From Phoronis australis (taxonomy: Eukaryota; Animalia; Phoronida): 64,000 bases of DNA. Both the position numbers and the translations under genes were made by a program. This document shows positions 1-11,899 of the stretch, in pieces (position 1 is the stretch's first letter; each line of letters starts with the position of its first letter). A model generated the notes under the pieces. That model was given only the letters and a program-made list of their open reading frames with translations, did not search any database and was not told the DNA's origin. Location: the NCBI GenBank assembly GCA_002633005.1, contig NMRA01000090.1, forward strand, positions 695,986 through 759,985, written 5' to 3'.

Positions 1-600
1 TAAGCACAATTAAAGTTAATTAAATAGAGAGTTAAATCGAGTTCCCTTTCCCTCACGCTTTCATAACAGTCGCATGTTAATCATGGCACGAGAAGGCAGC
101 TTCCCCTCTCATTTGACGGACTTACATTTGCGTTTTTGAATTTGCGTTTTCTTACTTTAGTAGTTAAACTTTAACTTGTTCTTTGGTGAGCTTGGGAGAC
201 CTGAGAGCTTGTTAATGCTTGAGGTCATGTTTGGTGGGCTATGAACCGCGGGCTCAAGACAACTAATTGAACCAGTTCTCAAGCAATCACGAGCTTTCAA
301 TCCAATCCAAGCCTAGAATGCTTCTAATTAAAATAACAACCAGTGGGAGACCAATTTCATAAAGGTACGTGGCCAGCCTCAACCAAAACTAGATTTTTGA
401 CAGAGGTTGGATTTATGGCAGATCTAACAATTAGTTCACTTTGTGGTTTTAGAACTGTAAGAGGATTCATTCTGTCAACACACCTCTACATGTAAATTAA
501 CGTTTTATATTTCACACGTTATTTAGTAGGTTTGGAGTTAAATGGATTCCAGTCTAAAGTCTTTTCTAAGGATGAAAACTCTAAAAACAAAATATGTTTT

Positions 601-835
601 TATAAAAAATAATTGCAGGCGATCTGATACACGTGCGCAGGCCTCGCATGTGGGCCCATTGCACTGATCACCTGGAAATTTTTTTATGCTTTATTGATAC
701 ATGTATATGGTTAAAACCGAGCTGAGGAGTTAGAAACTTGGCTCAAGGGTTTAGCAGTGTGACCTGGTGGGACTTGAACCTACGACCTCGAGTAAAGAAA
801 GCGGGCACTTATCAACCAGGCCACACTGCCTCCTC
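601..835 (-). mobile_element. tRNA-derived SINE, copy 1
   Basis: Minus strand begins GAGGAGGCAGTGTGGCCTGGTTGA (A-box-like) with GGTTCAAGTCCC (B-box-like) downstream and ends in ...CGCCTGCAATTATTTTTTAT. Near-identical body at 8397-8620 and ~35200-35395. Confidence 0.8.
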
Positions 836-2888
836 AAATATGTTTTTAGAAAAGGGTAACTTTTCCACCGAAGCTTTCAACAAGGAGTGGGTTTTTCCCT
901 GAAAAAAACAAGGGAATTCCGATTTTTATCATTTGACCTCTTAAAAACTAGCGGAACATTTTTTAAATTGAGTCTAAAGGATTAATTTTGATGCACTCTT
1001 CTCCAAGGTAACAGAAAGGTTATAAAATTTGTCTTGATCGTCCCTTCTCAAGTGTTGCTTTCACCGTAGATGATCAGTGTTTTCATGTGTATAGTAATTG
1101 GCTCTTTAAATTATTCTCCATTGTATTCCCAGCCCTGCTGGAGTTACCGGGTATATTTGACAGAGGGAGCCGAACGTGGAATTGTTGGTGCCCGATGGCT
1201 GGAACTGAAATGGGAAGCATCCTGAAGGCACTGCAATGAGCGGGGAACAAACGCAAAGTTGAAATAAGTTTCTACCAGGAAGGCTTTTTTCCAATGAACA
1301 TGGGTGCGTAGCCACCTGTGCCTACGTTGCTAGTATACTGCCATGATGTTAAACCGTTACTCTATCATAGTCTAGCCTATCCCCAATCTAAACTACAGCT
1401 CTAACTAATAAATCAAAATAAAGTTGACACCAGTTAGACAAATATTTGAAGTGGTACGAATGCCGTATTTCGATAAACAAATAAACGATATCGGGAGGTG
1501 TGTTTTTAATTTTGAGTGAAGGTGTTTGCCAATGCGAACATGCTGAAACGGTTCTCTCTGACCAAATTTTGGCACATAGAGGCTCTTTTAATAAGAGTCA
1601 ATTTGATTTTTTCAAAGCACTCTCGGAAAAAACCAAAATGTTGACCCAATTGTCTGCTGCATTAGATAACAGGAATGAAACGCGGGATCCAACATTTTTT
1701 AGATACAATTTGGGTCAAGTGACCCAACTTGAAATGTGCAGCACGCTAGGCCCAGTATTTTGATGTGTGGCGTTTTTGAATCTATTTTCGTTTCAACGAA
1801 CCATGTTTAAAATATTTGCTTCGTTTACAACGCCGTAATCGACAAGCTCTAAGTCAACTATATGGCATACAAGATGCTTTGATTACAGCAACCTCAGCGA
1901 CTCCAACAATTGTTTTAAAAAGGCTTTGGAAGAGTTTGTTGTAAAACAGTTAAATAGTTGATGGTTGGGAACTGCAACACTGGGCATGTGACCGTTGGGC
2001 ATGGCCAGAGTCCCTATGATAGAGTGCATTTCCAACTAAATTCCACACAAAAGGTCTGATTTTTGGTTGTAACTGCATAAAAAGGACCATTTTGGTGCAA
2101 AACTACAGAACGGTTTCCAATTTTTGTTGAGTTAAAAAGGAAACAGCACGGATTTGTTTTCATTAAATTCAAACTCAATTTAGATAAGGATTTTGCTTTA
2201 TAATTGTTATGGGAGGGGTGAATTTTTCTTAGACGCTCCCATCAAAATAGGTCCCTGAGTTTATACATTTCATGCTATGCATCCAAAGATAAATTGAAAA
2301 AACGCCACCTATTTTCGGCTTTAGTTACCGTGGCTGAGGTTTTCATCAGTGTGGTGTCACTGAGCTTAATACAGGGTTGTACGTACGACTGAGCCTGTAA
2401 GCATAATCGTCTCTGTTCACGCCCCCTTAATTCTTCTTGCATAATCATTAGATTCTCTGTCGATTAAGTTGGTATCTAACCAATCTATGTTATGATTTTT
2501 GAACAGCACGACCTCTGATTGCCTATTTTCTGAAACTCGGTCAAGAATTCTTTTCTTGCAGTCCCTGTAAATGTCGTTTCTTCACAGATTGTTTCAGCCC
2601 CCTTCATATGTTCCTTAAAGATGTATTTGCAGGCTCCTATTATGCTAATGCTTAGCAGGAACTAAACGACACTGCTACTTGAACATCGTGCAGTTGTACG
2701 TGTATTCATTGACAACTTGTAAATGTGAAATCTGCACTGATAACCCGCACCATCCAGTGTTATCTCCCAAACTGGTACTTAATAGACACGGCTGAGTGAG
2801 TTACGGCGGATAGTTTGTCAATTTTCAACCTACTTCATATTCACATCGTCGCTATATGTTCTGTTTCTAACTAATTTGACCAAGCAAT

Positions 2889-5276
2889 ATGTCGGCTAGT
2901 GACCGCGGGCATACATTCTGTACCTGTACCACTTACCGTTCAGAAGAGAACTGTACATACGCGCATTTTACCCATCATTGCCATGCAAATGGATATTAGA
3001 CGGTATGATGCTCGTCCCGTCGTTCGTCAGGCGGTGACAGCACCGGGTCCTCTGCCCGAAAAGGACCCACCTTTAGCAACTGGTGAGACGAATCTAAGAC
3101 TCAACCGAAGGCAGCAAAGCTCAATGCTAGCCAGCCAACATAGTCAGTTGGGAATATCAGTTGCTCCGCTTGTCTTCGCACAGTGGAACGCTGATTTCCT
3201 CCGTAGAACGCAAGTGGAAATGATTTGTATCCAGGAGACACACCTTACAGATGGTCATCGCTTCTTCATCAGAGGTTATGACAGAATCAACCGTTCTAAG
3301 GGAGGCATTCTCACCCTTGTACGGAACACCATCCCAGCGATAGAGATTGGGAGGTCTGTGGGAGAAAAAGAGTTTATCGCAGTGAAATTTGTACTCTAAG
3401 GGAGGGACATCATCATCATCAACTGCTACTGCCCACCTCACAAAGACCTGCAACTCCGCACCCTTCACCTGTCAAACCAAGACTTACTCATCTTAGGTGA
3501 CTTTAATGGTCACTCACCAAGCTGGAAATATAAAGTCATGAACAGTAGAGGATAACAAATTGCAGGCTTTATGATTGACAACTGTCTCATCCTCATCAAC
3601 AAGCCGGACGATAAGACAACCTGCCAGTACCGAGCTTGGAAGACGACAAGCACTCCAGACCTTGCCATAGCCACGGTGGACATCCAAAAACATGCAAGGG
3701 GATTGTGGCAAACCAGTTAGGAGAGAGCGATCACCTACCAGTCCTAATTAAGCTCTCACTACTAGAACATCCCTCCGTCACAAGAAAAAAGCCTAGCTAG
3801 AACTACAAAAAGGCAAACTGGATATAGTTCAAAAACTGCTTGACACACTCTGCAGAAAAAAACCATTGACTCAAAGCAAGACATCAACATCAATGTCTGG
3901 CGGATTTCCAACTGCATCCTCCAGGCAGCACGTCAGAGCAATTCCAAGGGGAATACGAAGAGACTACAAACCATACTGGAGTGGCCATATGCAAAGTCTC
4001 CATAACCAAGTAACATCAACCAAAGAGCAACTTGAAAAAGTCCCAACCTTGGAAAACACAGCAATCTACAACCAAGCAAGAGCTGCATTTGATGAGGAAA
4101 AGATAACAGAAATCTGCAAGTATTGGCATAAAAAGGCCAGCTCTCTAAACATTTAAAAAGACACAGGGAAACTCTGGCAGCTCACAAAGACCCTAAACGA
4201 CGACCTCTGATGTACCCCGAGAGCAACGCTCCTAAAAGAAAATGTACAGACTTGCACTGGGAGTAGGGCCGCATCCCTGCTTGCCGAGAATTTTAGAGAT
4301 GACAGTCTCCTGGACATTCCCAGGAGAAAACAGGAGAAGTCCGAACAAAGAAAACAGAGGAACTAAGAAAGGGGCAAGAAGATCAAACTGCCAGCATGAC
4401 TAACGACTTCACCATGCAAGAACTGAACAGTTCCATCAGACAACTCAAGACCGAGAAGGCACCCGGAAAGGATGGCATCAGCAATGAGATAATTCAACAC
4501 TTTGGCACTTTCTTCAAACAGAAGCTTCTCGACACTTACAACCGGTCTTGGAGAATGGGGGTTTTTCCAGTCAGCTGGAAGGAAGCCATAATCGTTCTAA
4601 TCTTAAAGAAGGGGAAGGACAGGCACAGCAAGAGCAGCTATCGCCATATCAGCCTTCTCAGCTGTCCAGGCAAACTCATGAAACGCATGGTCAACAAACG
4701 CCTGCAATATCACCTAGAAATGAACAGGCTAATTAACCCCACTGCGGCGTCAGCGGCAACGAGGAAGCAGACAGACTCTCCAAGGCATGAAGCAAACTGG
4801 AGCAGATATGGAGAAGTAAAAACCCTCTAACGAAGTCACTTTAGAAATGCTTGGAGGGTACGCCTACGTCTGGGAACTGAAGAACACTATATCCACCAGC
4901 TTGACCGGCAGGAACAAGTCACTATCTTCAGGCTAAGAACCGGCCACTGCCGGCTGCTCTCCCACATGCATCGCCTGAAAATCACTCACACAGACGACTG
5001 CCGCTGTGGCATTGGTCCCCAGACACCTGAGTACTTACTGCAGAGCTGTCCTATGTTCGATACCCTAAGGCGCCAGACATGGACCAGTCCGGTGGAACTC
5101 AAGGTAAAACTGTGAGGCCCGACGGCAGCATTGCGGCGAACTGCAGACTTCGACCAAATAACCAGACTGGCTATCTAAGATACATGGCCGAGAACGCTGA
5201 AGAAGAAGAAGAAGAAGAAGAAAAAGAAGAAGAAGAAGAAAAAGAAGAAGAAAAAGAAGAAGAAGAAGGAGGAGAA
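2889..5276 (+). mobile_element. Non-LTR retrotransposon (I/Ingi/Nimb group), internally deleted and frameshifted; (GAA)n tail; 11-bp TSD
   Basis: APE endonuclease motifs (QWNA, CIQETHL, ILGDFNGHS), RT N-terminus (KAPGKDGI, SWKEAIIVLILKKGKD, SYRHISLLSCPGKLMKRMVNKRL), then a jump to the C-terminal Cys/His region (TIFRLRTGHCRL...CRCG...PQTPEYLLQSCP). (GAA)n tail ~5198-5276. GACCAAGCAAT at both 2878-2888 and 5277-5287. Confidence 0.88.
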
Positions 5277-5838
5277 GACCAAGCAATCTCAGAGATAAGG
5301 AATTAGCGTGCAAGTTCTACTTTAACGCCTATCTTGGACAGTGACAACCGTAAATGGTTCCTGCAGTATGTTAAGAGCATCGCTCTGAGCCCACAAGTTT
5401 CATAAACCAAAGATATAACTGTTAGGCTTGTTGGTTTGCTTTTGTCAATGTCATCGCAAGAATCACCTTTTAATTCAAACAGGTATGAATCAAACCTGCA
5501 CGCATCGGTTTATTGATCAGACCCTTATTCAATACAGCTGTTATCGGTCTTCTATTATTTGTGCTGGGATCTCGCGGTGACGCAATATGATAAGGAAGGG
5601 CAACTTTACCTATCATTTGACTTGCCTACATTTGAGTGATTAAGCTCTCAATTTCTTATTAATTTGTTTAAGCCTTTGTTTGTGGTTAGCCCAGTACATT
5701 TAAAATATCAAAATTCCGCTTAAGTTGGTCTTTAAGTCTCTAGCTCCCCTGCCTAGCAGCTGTAACAGGAGCAACATGGAATGCGATACACCACTCCAAT
5801 GATGTCTTCAACCGAACGTTTATCTTTCGGATTGACCA

Positions 5839-6231
5839 GGGCCCGGTCTCCAATCTTTTTACTCGAAATGGAACTCGAAATTAGGTTTGCCATTTTCTAT
5901 TCTACTTTTGGGTGAACTCAAGATAAGTGTATACAAGAGTACACAATAACTTACGTAGATAATTTATTGCTCTTAGTTCACAGTTTGTAAACCCAATATT
6001 AAAGCAATAAGTTCTTGTTTGAACTCGAAATTTCGAGTTTTTACTCGAGTTTGTAGCACGAATATAAGGGGCTTCAAGGGCAAACTTGAACTAGAAACTC
6101 CTATGCATAAACTATAATGTATTCGAGCACAGTCTGGTAACCAATTATCTTAAGTTCGCAGGAAAGGAGCAGAGAAATTGCCAAAAATAGTTTCGACTTC
6201 GTTTCGAGTACAAAGATTAGAGACCGGGCCC
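5839..6231. mobile_element. MITE with long imperfect TIRs starting GGGCCCGGTCT (PIF/Harbinger-like ends)
   Basis: GGGCCCGGTCTCCAATCTTTTTACTCGAAA at the left end; TTTCGAGTACAAAGATTAGAGACCGGGCCC at the right end. Partial related copies near 29555-29650 and 42180-42440. Confidence 0.75.
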
Positions 6232-7450
6232 ACATGTTGTCTAATTGTTGACACCAGTTTCATTGGAGTCCTGTCAAATTTCAAGTGCACCCAAGGACCT
6301 CTGATTTGCTCTTCGTATTCCGGATGACTCTGTGTTGATCTTTACTAATAGGCTTACGAGTTGGACGCCGTACTGTCAGTCAAGCACCAGGTGGCGAGAC
6401 CGTCTCGTACACGAATCGTGTGTTTTCAAATCGGCGACATTCCGTAAATCAGCATACAGAAGGCCTGGATCTTCAAATTTCGATGTAAGAAAGTTGTTGA
6501 AATCTACAACCATGTATTATTTGCTGCTCGGTTACAATTACGTGATGAGAAGTAAACATTTCCAAGGTTAAAGCATTACTTACATAGAACGTAAGAGAAC
6601 AGCAACGAACACAGCAACTCGATACGACACAGTCGGGGATATTTTTATAATTCTATTGCCTCATACAGACGATTACGTACGCTGTAGGGCTACATTGAGT
6701 AGCACATACAGGTAACAACGGGTGCTAATGAGAGCGAAATCTAAATAGTAGAAAAAAAGTCGTTCCAGGTTCAAACAATCCCCCATCCATTCATGGCGCT
6801 TTTGGCAAAATGCTTCTAGGTTGAGTTTTATTGAACTTTATGAACATGGGAATTAAAAAAGGAGCCATGAATGTTCTCCATTATGTTTTATTTGTTTTTG
6901 TTGGACTAACACCGCGTATCATCATTAACTTCGAAGCCAACACTAGCGCATTATTTTACTTACTTCTAGTCAGATTATCTCACGTGTAACCAGATGCTGC
7001 ATTATCAAAGGAAAACAACATGCCGTTATCCTGTAATATTGTGCACAATGGCAACGTCAAGTCACCGTTTCAGTTTTTGATAAGCTCTTCTTCTTGCTTT
7101 TCTCATGAATTGTCCTTTCTCCAAACTACGTGTATTTTTGAGCGGACTCACAAAATGTCGTAAATTTCTCTTGTTTGACATTTCTAAGTGAACTGACTAA
7201 TGGACGAAACAGTATTTTCCTCGTGCGCCAACCTTCCAATTCTACTGAACATTTGTTCTTTGGAAATAGGGCCTTCCCGTATTACATAGCGACACTCGAA
7301 TCTCTGTGTATCTACCCACAATGCCGTAACTGTACGTCAGGCACATTTGCTGCCTTGTTTCCGTGCCACTGGAGTTTCACATGTTATTTGCCGTTGTCTG
7401 ATTCTTACAGTCAAGTTTTTCTCGGTTACATTACTCTATTCGTCCTTCCA

Positions 7451-7575
7451 ATGTCAACGAAGTATTACTGCTGTGCTGTGGGCTGCAACTCCGACGTGAA
7501 AAAGTTTGATAAACTGGACCCGTGGATGCATGATCTAAAATTCTTCGCCTTCCCGGCATCAACGAGAGACACGAA
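7451..7575 (+). pseudogene. THAP zinc-finger N-terminal relic (DNA transposon derived)
   Basis: MSTKYYCCAVGCNSDVKK...LKFFAFPAS matches the THAP CxxxxC...FxFP signature; truncated. Confidence 0.6.
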
Positions 7576-7848
7576 GTTGTGCCTTTTTTCCAAAACGCGC
7601 TATCTCGGATAAGTAGAATTCTATCGCTGTGCAATCCGGGACAGCCCTATTGTGGTTTGGCTCCCCTTGCGTTTTACACATGCACTCGGATTGAATCCAC
7701 CAATGAATAGCCATCTTTAAATTTCATAAACAAAACATTTCATTTACGAATAGCCAACAAAACTAAGATGAAAAAACAGATCATTCATTACCAACTTCTA
7801 ACAGTTCGAAGCGCTCGCGGAAAGTGCTTTCTTTATTGAACGCAAAGC

Positions 7849-8012
7849 AGGCGTGTGTTCCGTAGACGCCATGACCTACGCTAGGACCTACGCTAGGACC
7901 TACCTAAAACCTAGTCAAAGTCACGTGCTCTCATTTAAAATGCACGGCAATATCTCACGTAATCTCGCGATGTCTTGCTTTTTATCGAGGTCCTAGCGTT
8001 ACTGAACGGGAG
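7849..8012 (+). mobile_element. Short MITE, copy 1 (second copy inverted at 42810-42963)
   Basis: ~160 bp nearly identical to the reverse complement of 42810-42963; imperfect TIRs; internal GACCTACGCTAG repeats. Confidence 0.75.
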
Positions 8013-8059
8013 GTAGGTTACTCGGGTCAGTCCCAGCATGCAACGTTTCAATTTCTTCC

Positions 8060-9071
8060 AACCGGTTCTGCTGAAAATTTAATCTTTTCTGTTTTGGTCC
8101 AAAGTCACGATTTTATAGGCTCATGTGGATAAATAACGAAACAACTACATGGAAAAGATATATTTTAACAATTTCAGTAGAATCTGACATACATGTACAA
8201 ATGTAATAACAAAAACGATGTTTAAACTTACGAATATCTGTACAAGTACGTTTTAAAATCGGTGTCTCCTACCCTGGCCTAAAATTAAGCACTAGAGCAA
8301 GTAATATAAACATGGCTTACATTTAAGAATTTCTATACAAGATCTGAAATCTGGCCTAAAGAAGGCATTGACGGGTCTATAAGGTAATATTCTACTGAGC
8401 AGGCAGTGTGGCCCGATTTCTTTACTCCAGGTTGTGGGTTCAAGTGCCACTGAGTCACACTGCTAAACCCTTGAGTCAGGGTTCTAGAAACACAGCTCGG
8501 TTTTAACTATATATTAATAAACAATAAAAGTGGTTTCAGGTGATAAATGCAATGTGCCCCATGCGCGGCCTACGCACGTCTGGTACGACGTGTATCAGAC
8601 CGCCTGCAATTATTTTTATTACAATAACTACTTTACTCTTTTCATTCACAAAAGAGTAAATAAGTTGATCGAATAATGTGGTCGAACTTTAGTCCAGATT
8701 TCAGACATTGCACAGATATTCTTAAATTTAAGCGGGATTTACACATGTATTTTACTTACCCGTGTGCTTAATTTTAAGCCAGATTTGATCTTGTACAGAA
8801 ATTCTTAAATGTAAGCCGAGTTTATGCTACTTGCTCTAGTGCTTAATTTTAGGCCAGTGTAGGAGATACCGATTTTAAAACGTACTTGTACAGATATTCT
8901 TAAGTTTAAGCATCGTTTTTGTTATTTCATTTGTACATGTATGTCAGACTCTACTGAAATTGTTAAAATATACCTTTTTCATGTAGTTGTTTCGTTATTT
9001 ATCCAAATAAGCCTATAAAATCGTGACTTTTGACCAAAACAGAAAAGTTTAAATTGTCAGCAGAACCGGTT
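8060..9071. mobile_element. Foldback/large MITE with ~300-bp terminal inverted repeats
   Basis: 8060-~8360 (AACCGGTTCTGCTGAAAATTT...) is the reverse complement of ~8773-9071 (...CAGCAGAACCGGTT); internal sub-repeats; contains a SINE. Confidence 0.85.
8397..8620 (+). mobile_element. tRNA-derived SINE, copy 2 (nested in foldback element)
   Basis: AGGCAGTGTGGCC...GGGTTCAAGTGCCAC...CGCCTGCAATTATTTTTATT; homologous to 601-835. Confidence 0.8.
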
Positions 9072-11099
9072 TTCCTGGCATGCGCACCTAGTTTCTGCAT
9101 AGGAGCTACTCTTCCAAATTGATCATAACCACCCTTGTATACAAAAATTCTTGTCCTTTCGAACATATTTTCCTTGTTAATGGGATTTTCATTGACCCTC
9201 CCAACTCAAAATTGTTCATTCGGCCCGAATTTTTGACATTAGCTTACATAAGAAACTTGCCCCGTTTCAGAATGCCATGTGCCCCGTCATCAGATTTGCA
9301 CGAGAACGGCTGTCATCACGATGCTTGCTTCTCAAGAACGTTGGTCTAATTCGCTAATTCACGACAATAAAACACTAAAACTCGTGACGTATCACATTGT
9401 TTAAATTCGCCTCTGAAATTGACTTCCTAGTACACAATTACATGTAGGTTTGGACCCTTTTCACCTGAAGAAGTACAATAGAGTTAGCCAAAATAGATGC
9501 AGAAAGTTTCAGTTCTCTGGTACTTTGAGATTTGAGAAAAAATTCATTAGGTTTTAGTATTTTTGCACCATAGTAGGTAATTGGCCTCCGAGTTGTCGTG
9601 CTTCTGATACAAGAGCGCGACAACGCTTAATATTGGACAAGGTTGACATCAGGATTTAGCCTCGATTTGGATACCGCTGTCATGTGGAGATGAAACAAAA
9701 CGGGGTGTTGCGAATAATGGCATCGTATTTAACGCCCCCATCATATTTGGTATTTCAAATAATGTTTGTGGAATGGTTCCTTTTAATTGTCAAATTAGAA
9801 CGCGATCGTTTCCTTATTCTACTTCACACCTACGCTACTAGAGTTTCTATGATGAAGCAAGGTGAATGTAATAGAGCTCTCTCATGCAATATAAATATCG
9901 ACTTAAGTAAACATTGTAGATGAGCTCAGAAATTTGACGTATAATAAGCGAAGTGTGGCCGCACTGCAAACACCGCGTTGTTCCAGTACCTTTGTATCAT
10001 AATATTTTAATTGGTAACAGAACATCATACTTAAACAATGAAGGAGATGTAAAGAACCCAGAATAAATAACTAAATTTCCCTTAGCTGCCAGGCTTGAAG
10101 TAATCTATTCTCATCTATAGGAAGCTAATCCCCAGTGACGTCCAACTCACTCCTTTACATCTCATTCACTTCCGCTTGCGCGCTTTATACGCTTTGAAAT
10201 AACGTTTACGCCTGCATAGCACGTGGACAGTTTCCTAGTGAAGTGTGGGGGTTGTATGTTACTCACTGATTTAGCGAAAAATTATATTTCCGGTGTCCAT
10301 TCGTGTCGTGTTTAAATTGCAACACCGATTTAAATCAAAGTTAAATTGTGACGACATTACAATTTTTGTTCAGGAAATTTTGTAAAGGACGTGATTATTT
10401 AAGTCTATGTTAATGGATGCAATTTCTATCCTCGTGGGTGCCGCTCTTCGTCATAATGACGTCAAAATTAAAGTTTAAGCATCCGATTAACAACGAAGTT
10501 CAAATATTCGTTTTTTTATTTTCAGTTTGTTGTTGTATAATGCCTTTAATGGGAAGGTAATCGGAAATTTACAAGGGATCTTATTCCAGCTTTCCTGAAA
10601 GCAAAAGTATTAAATTGGTTATAAAGTAGATAAGGAAACGCACTGCAGTCAGCCAACATCTGGAACAGACGATCACAGAAAGTGGTCGTTGGCTCGTATA
10701 AGGCAGCCACTGACCATCCAATTGGATTGTCTAAAAAATAATGGACTCGTCTGAAGCTTTATGGTGGATTTAATCAGACACATTTTTTCATTTACTGTTG
10801 AATTGTATCTTTAAAGCTTCGCAGGAACTGAGCCAAATATGAGAATTATTACAAATCACCGTTTCTCCTAAGTTCGTTATAGCGTTGCAGTGGATCTTGT
10901 TTAACTATAAAGGTAAGTATGGGTATTGTTGTGAGTGGCTTTTATAGGTTTAGTTTTGCAGGCATGACCTTTATTATGACATATGCTTCTCGGAAATTTC
11001 TTTATGGCAAATTGTATAATAAAAACTGAAGCGGCTGGTTTCAACAAGTGATGAGTGCGTGTGTATGACCAACAAAACCATTTTGTGGACGAACTGAAA

Positions 11100-11350
11100 C
11101 GCATGATGACTGACAAAACGGACAGATGGACAATCGATGGACGGACTGACGGACAGACGTACCCACTGACGGGAAGAGAACGGGCGGACAGAGTGTTGGA
11201 CCGACGGATGGATCCACGAGTAAGTGAAATAGTTAGCTTAAAGATGCACAGAAGAACGTACGCACTCACTCTGACGTGTGGAGAGGCGGAGAGATGACGG
11301 GAAAGATGTGTATTTGGGCGTTTGTTGGACTGATGGGTGAGCGGTGGATG
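11100..11350. repeat. Degenerate (GACA/GACG/GATG)n microsatellite-like tract
   Basis: Repeated GGACAGA, GACGGAC and GGATGGA motifs. Confidence 0.55.
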
Positions 11351-11730
11351 CAAAAATGTATTGAATTTGAAACAAGCAATTGCAGTACTAACATCTATCA
11401 ATCGATGTGATTTGGTAGACCGGCCAACGTTTTTGTCACACACATGCAATTAGCTATCACAAGTGGTTATTTAAACACATTGCCGTGAAACATACGTTGA
11501 AACAGCGTTCATGCTCGTTAGTGCTGAAAGCGTTGTTGAGATAAGCCTTACTGTCTTGCATGCAGCATGATGAAGGTGAGAAAGTGTGCGTAATTTACAA
11601 CACGACTATCACTTATTTCTTTTTTTGAAAACGTTGCATAAAATGGTCCTTGATATACCCGATGGTTCGTTTAAGTGATAGCGGAAGTAGCGGAGAGTGT
11701 AACATGTATTTAAACCGCTCGTTTTTATTG

Positions 11731-11899
11731 TATATATAACCTGTGGTGACGCCGTGTGTGGACGCTATCTTATTGAGTTACTAGTGGGAGAAATTTGATT
11801 CCCTATTCATTTGTGCGTTCGACATGTAACTGATATAAATAAGAAAGGTGAAGCGATTCACGCTACTCAACTCTTCAGCTTGTTTCACCAATAATCCAG
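11731..11899 (+). promoter_or_regulatory. Candidate TATA box and non-coding first exon of the luqin/RYamide-like gene
   Basis: TATATATAA at 11731-11739, then a strong donor CCAG|GTAAGA (intron from 11900). The coding exon at 17930 begins directly after a splice acceptor, so an upstream 5'UTR exon is expected. The assignment is an inference. Confidence 0.35.

Noticed and set aside
760-835. tRNA gene
   Set aside because: A/B boxes are present, but it is the head of a multi-copy SINE and I see no intact cloverleaf.
5065-5313. Poly-Glu / poly-Leu ORFs (5079-5306 +, 5065-5313 -)
   Set aside because: These are translations of the LINE (GAA)n tail.
10901-11449. 182-aa and 80-aa ORFs
   Set aside because: They arise from a low-complexity GACA/GACG microsatellite-like tract.
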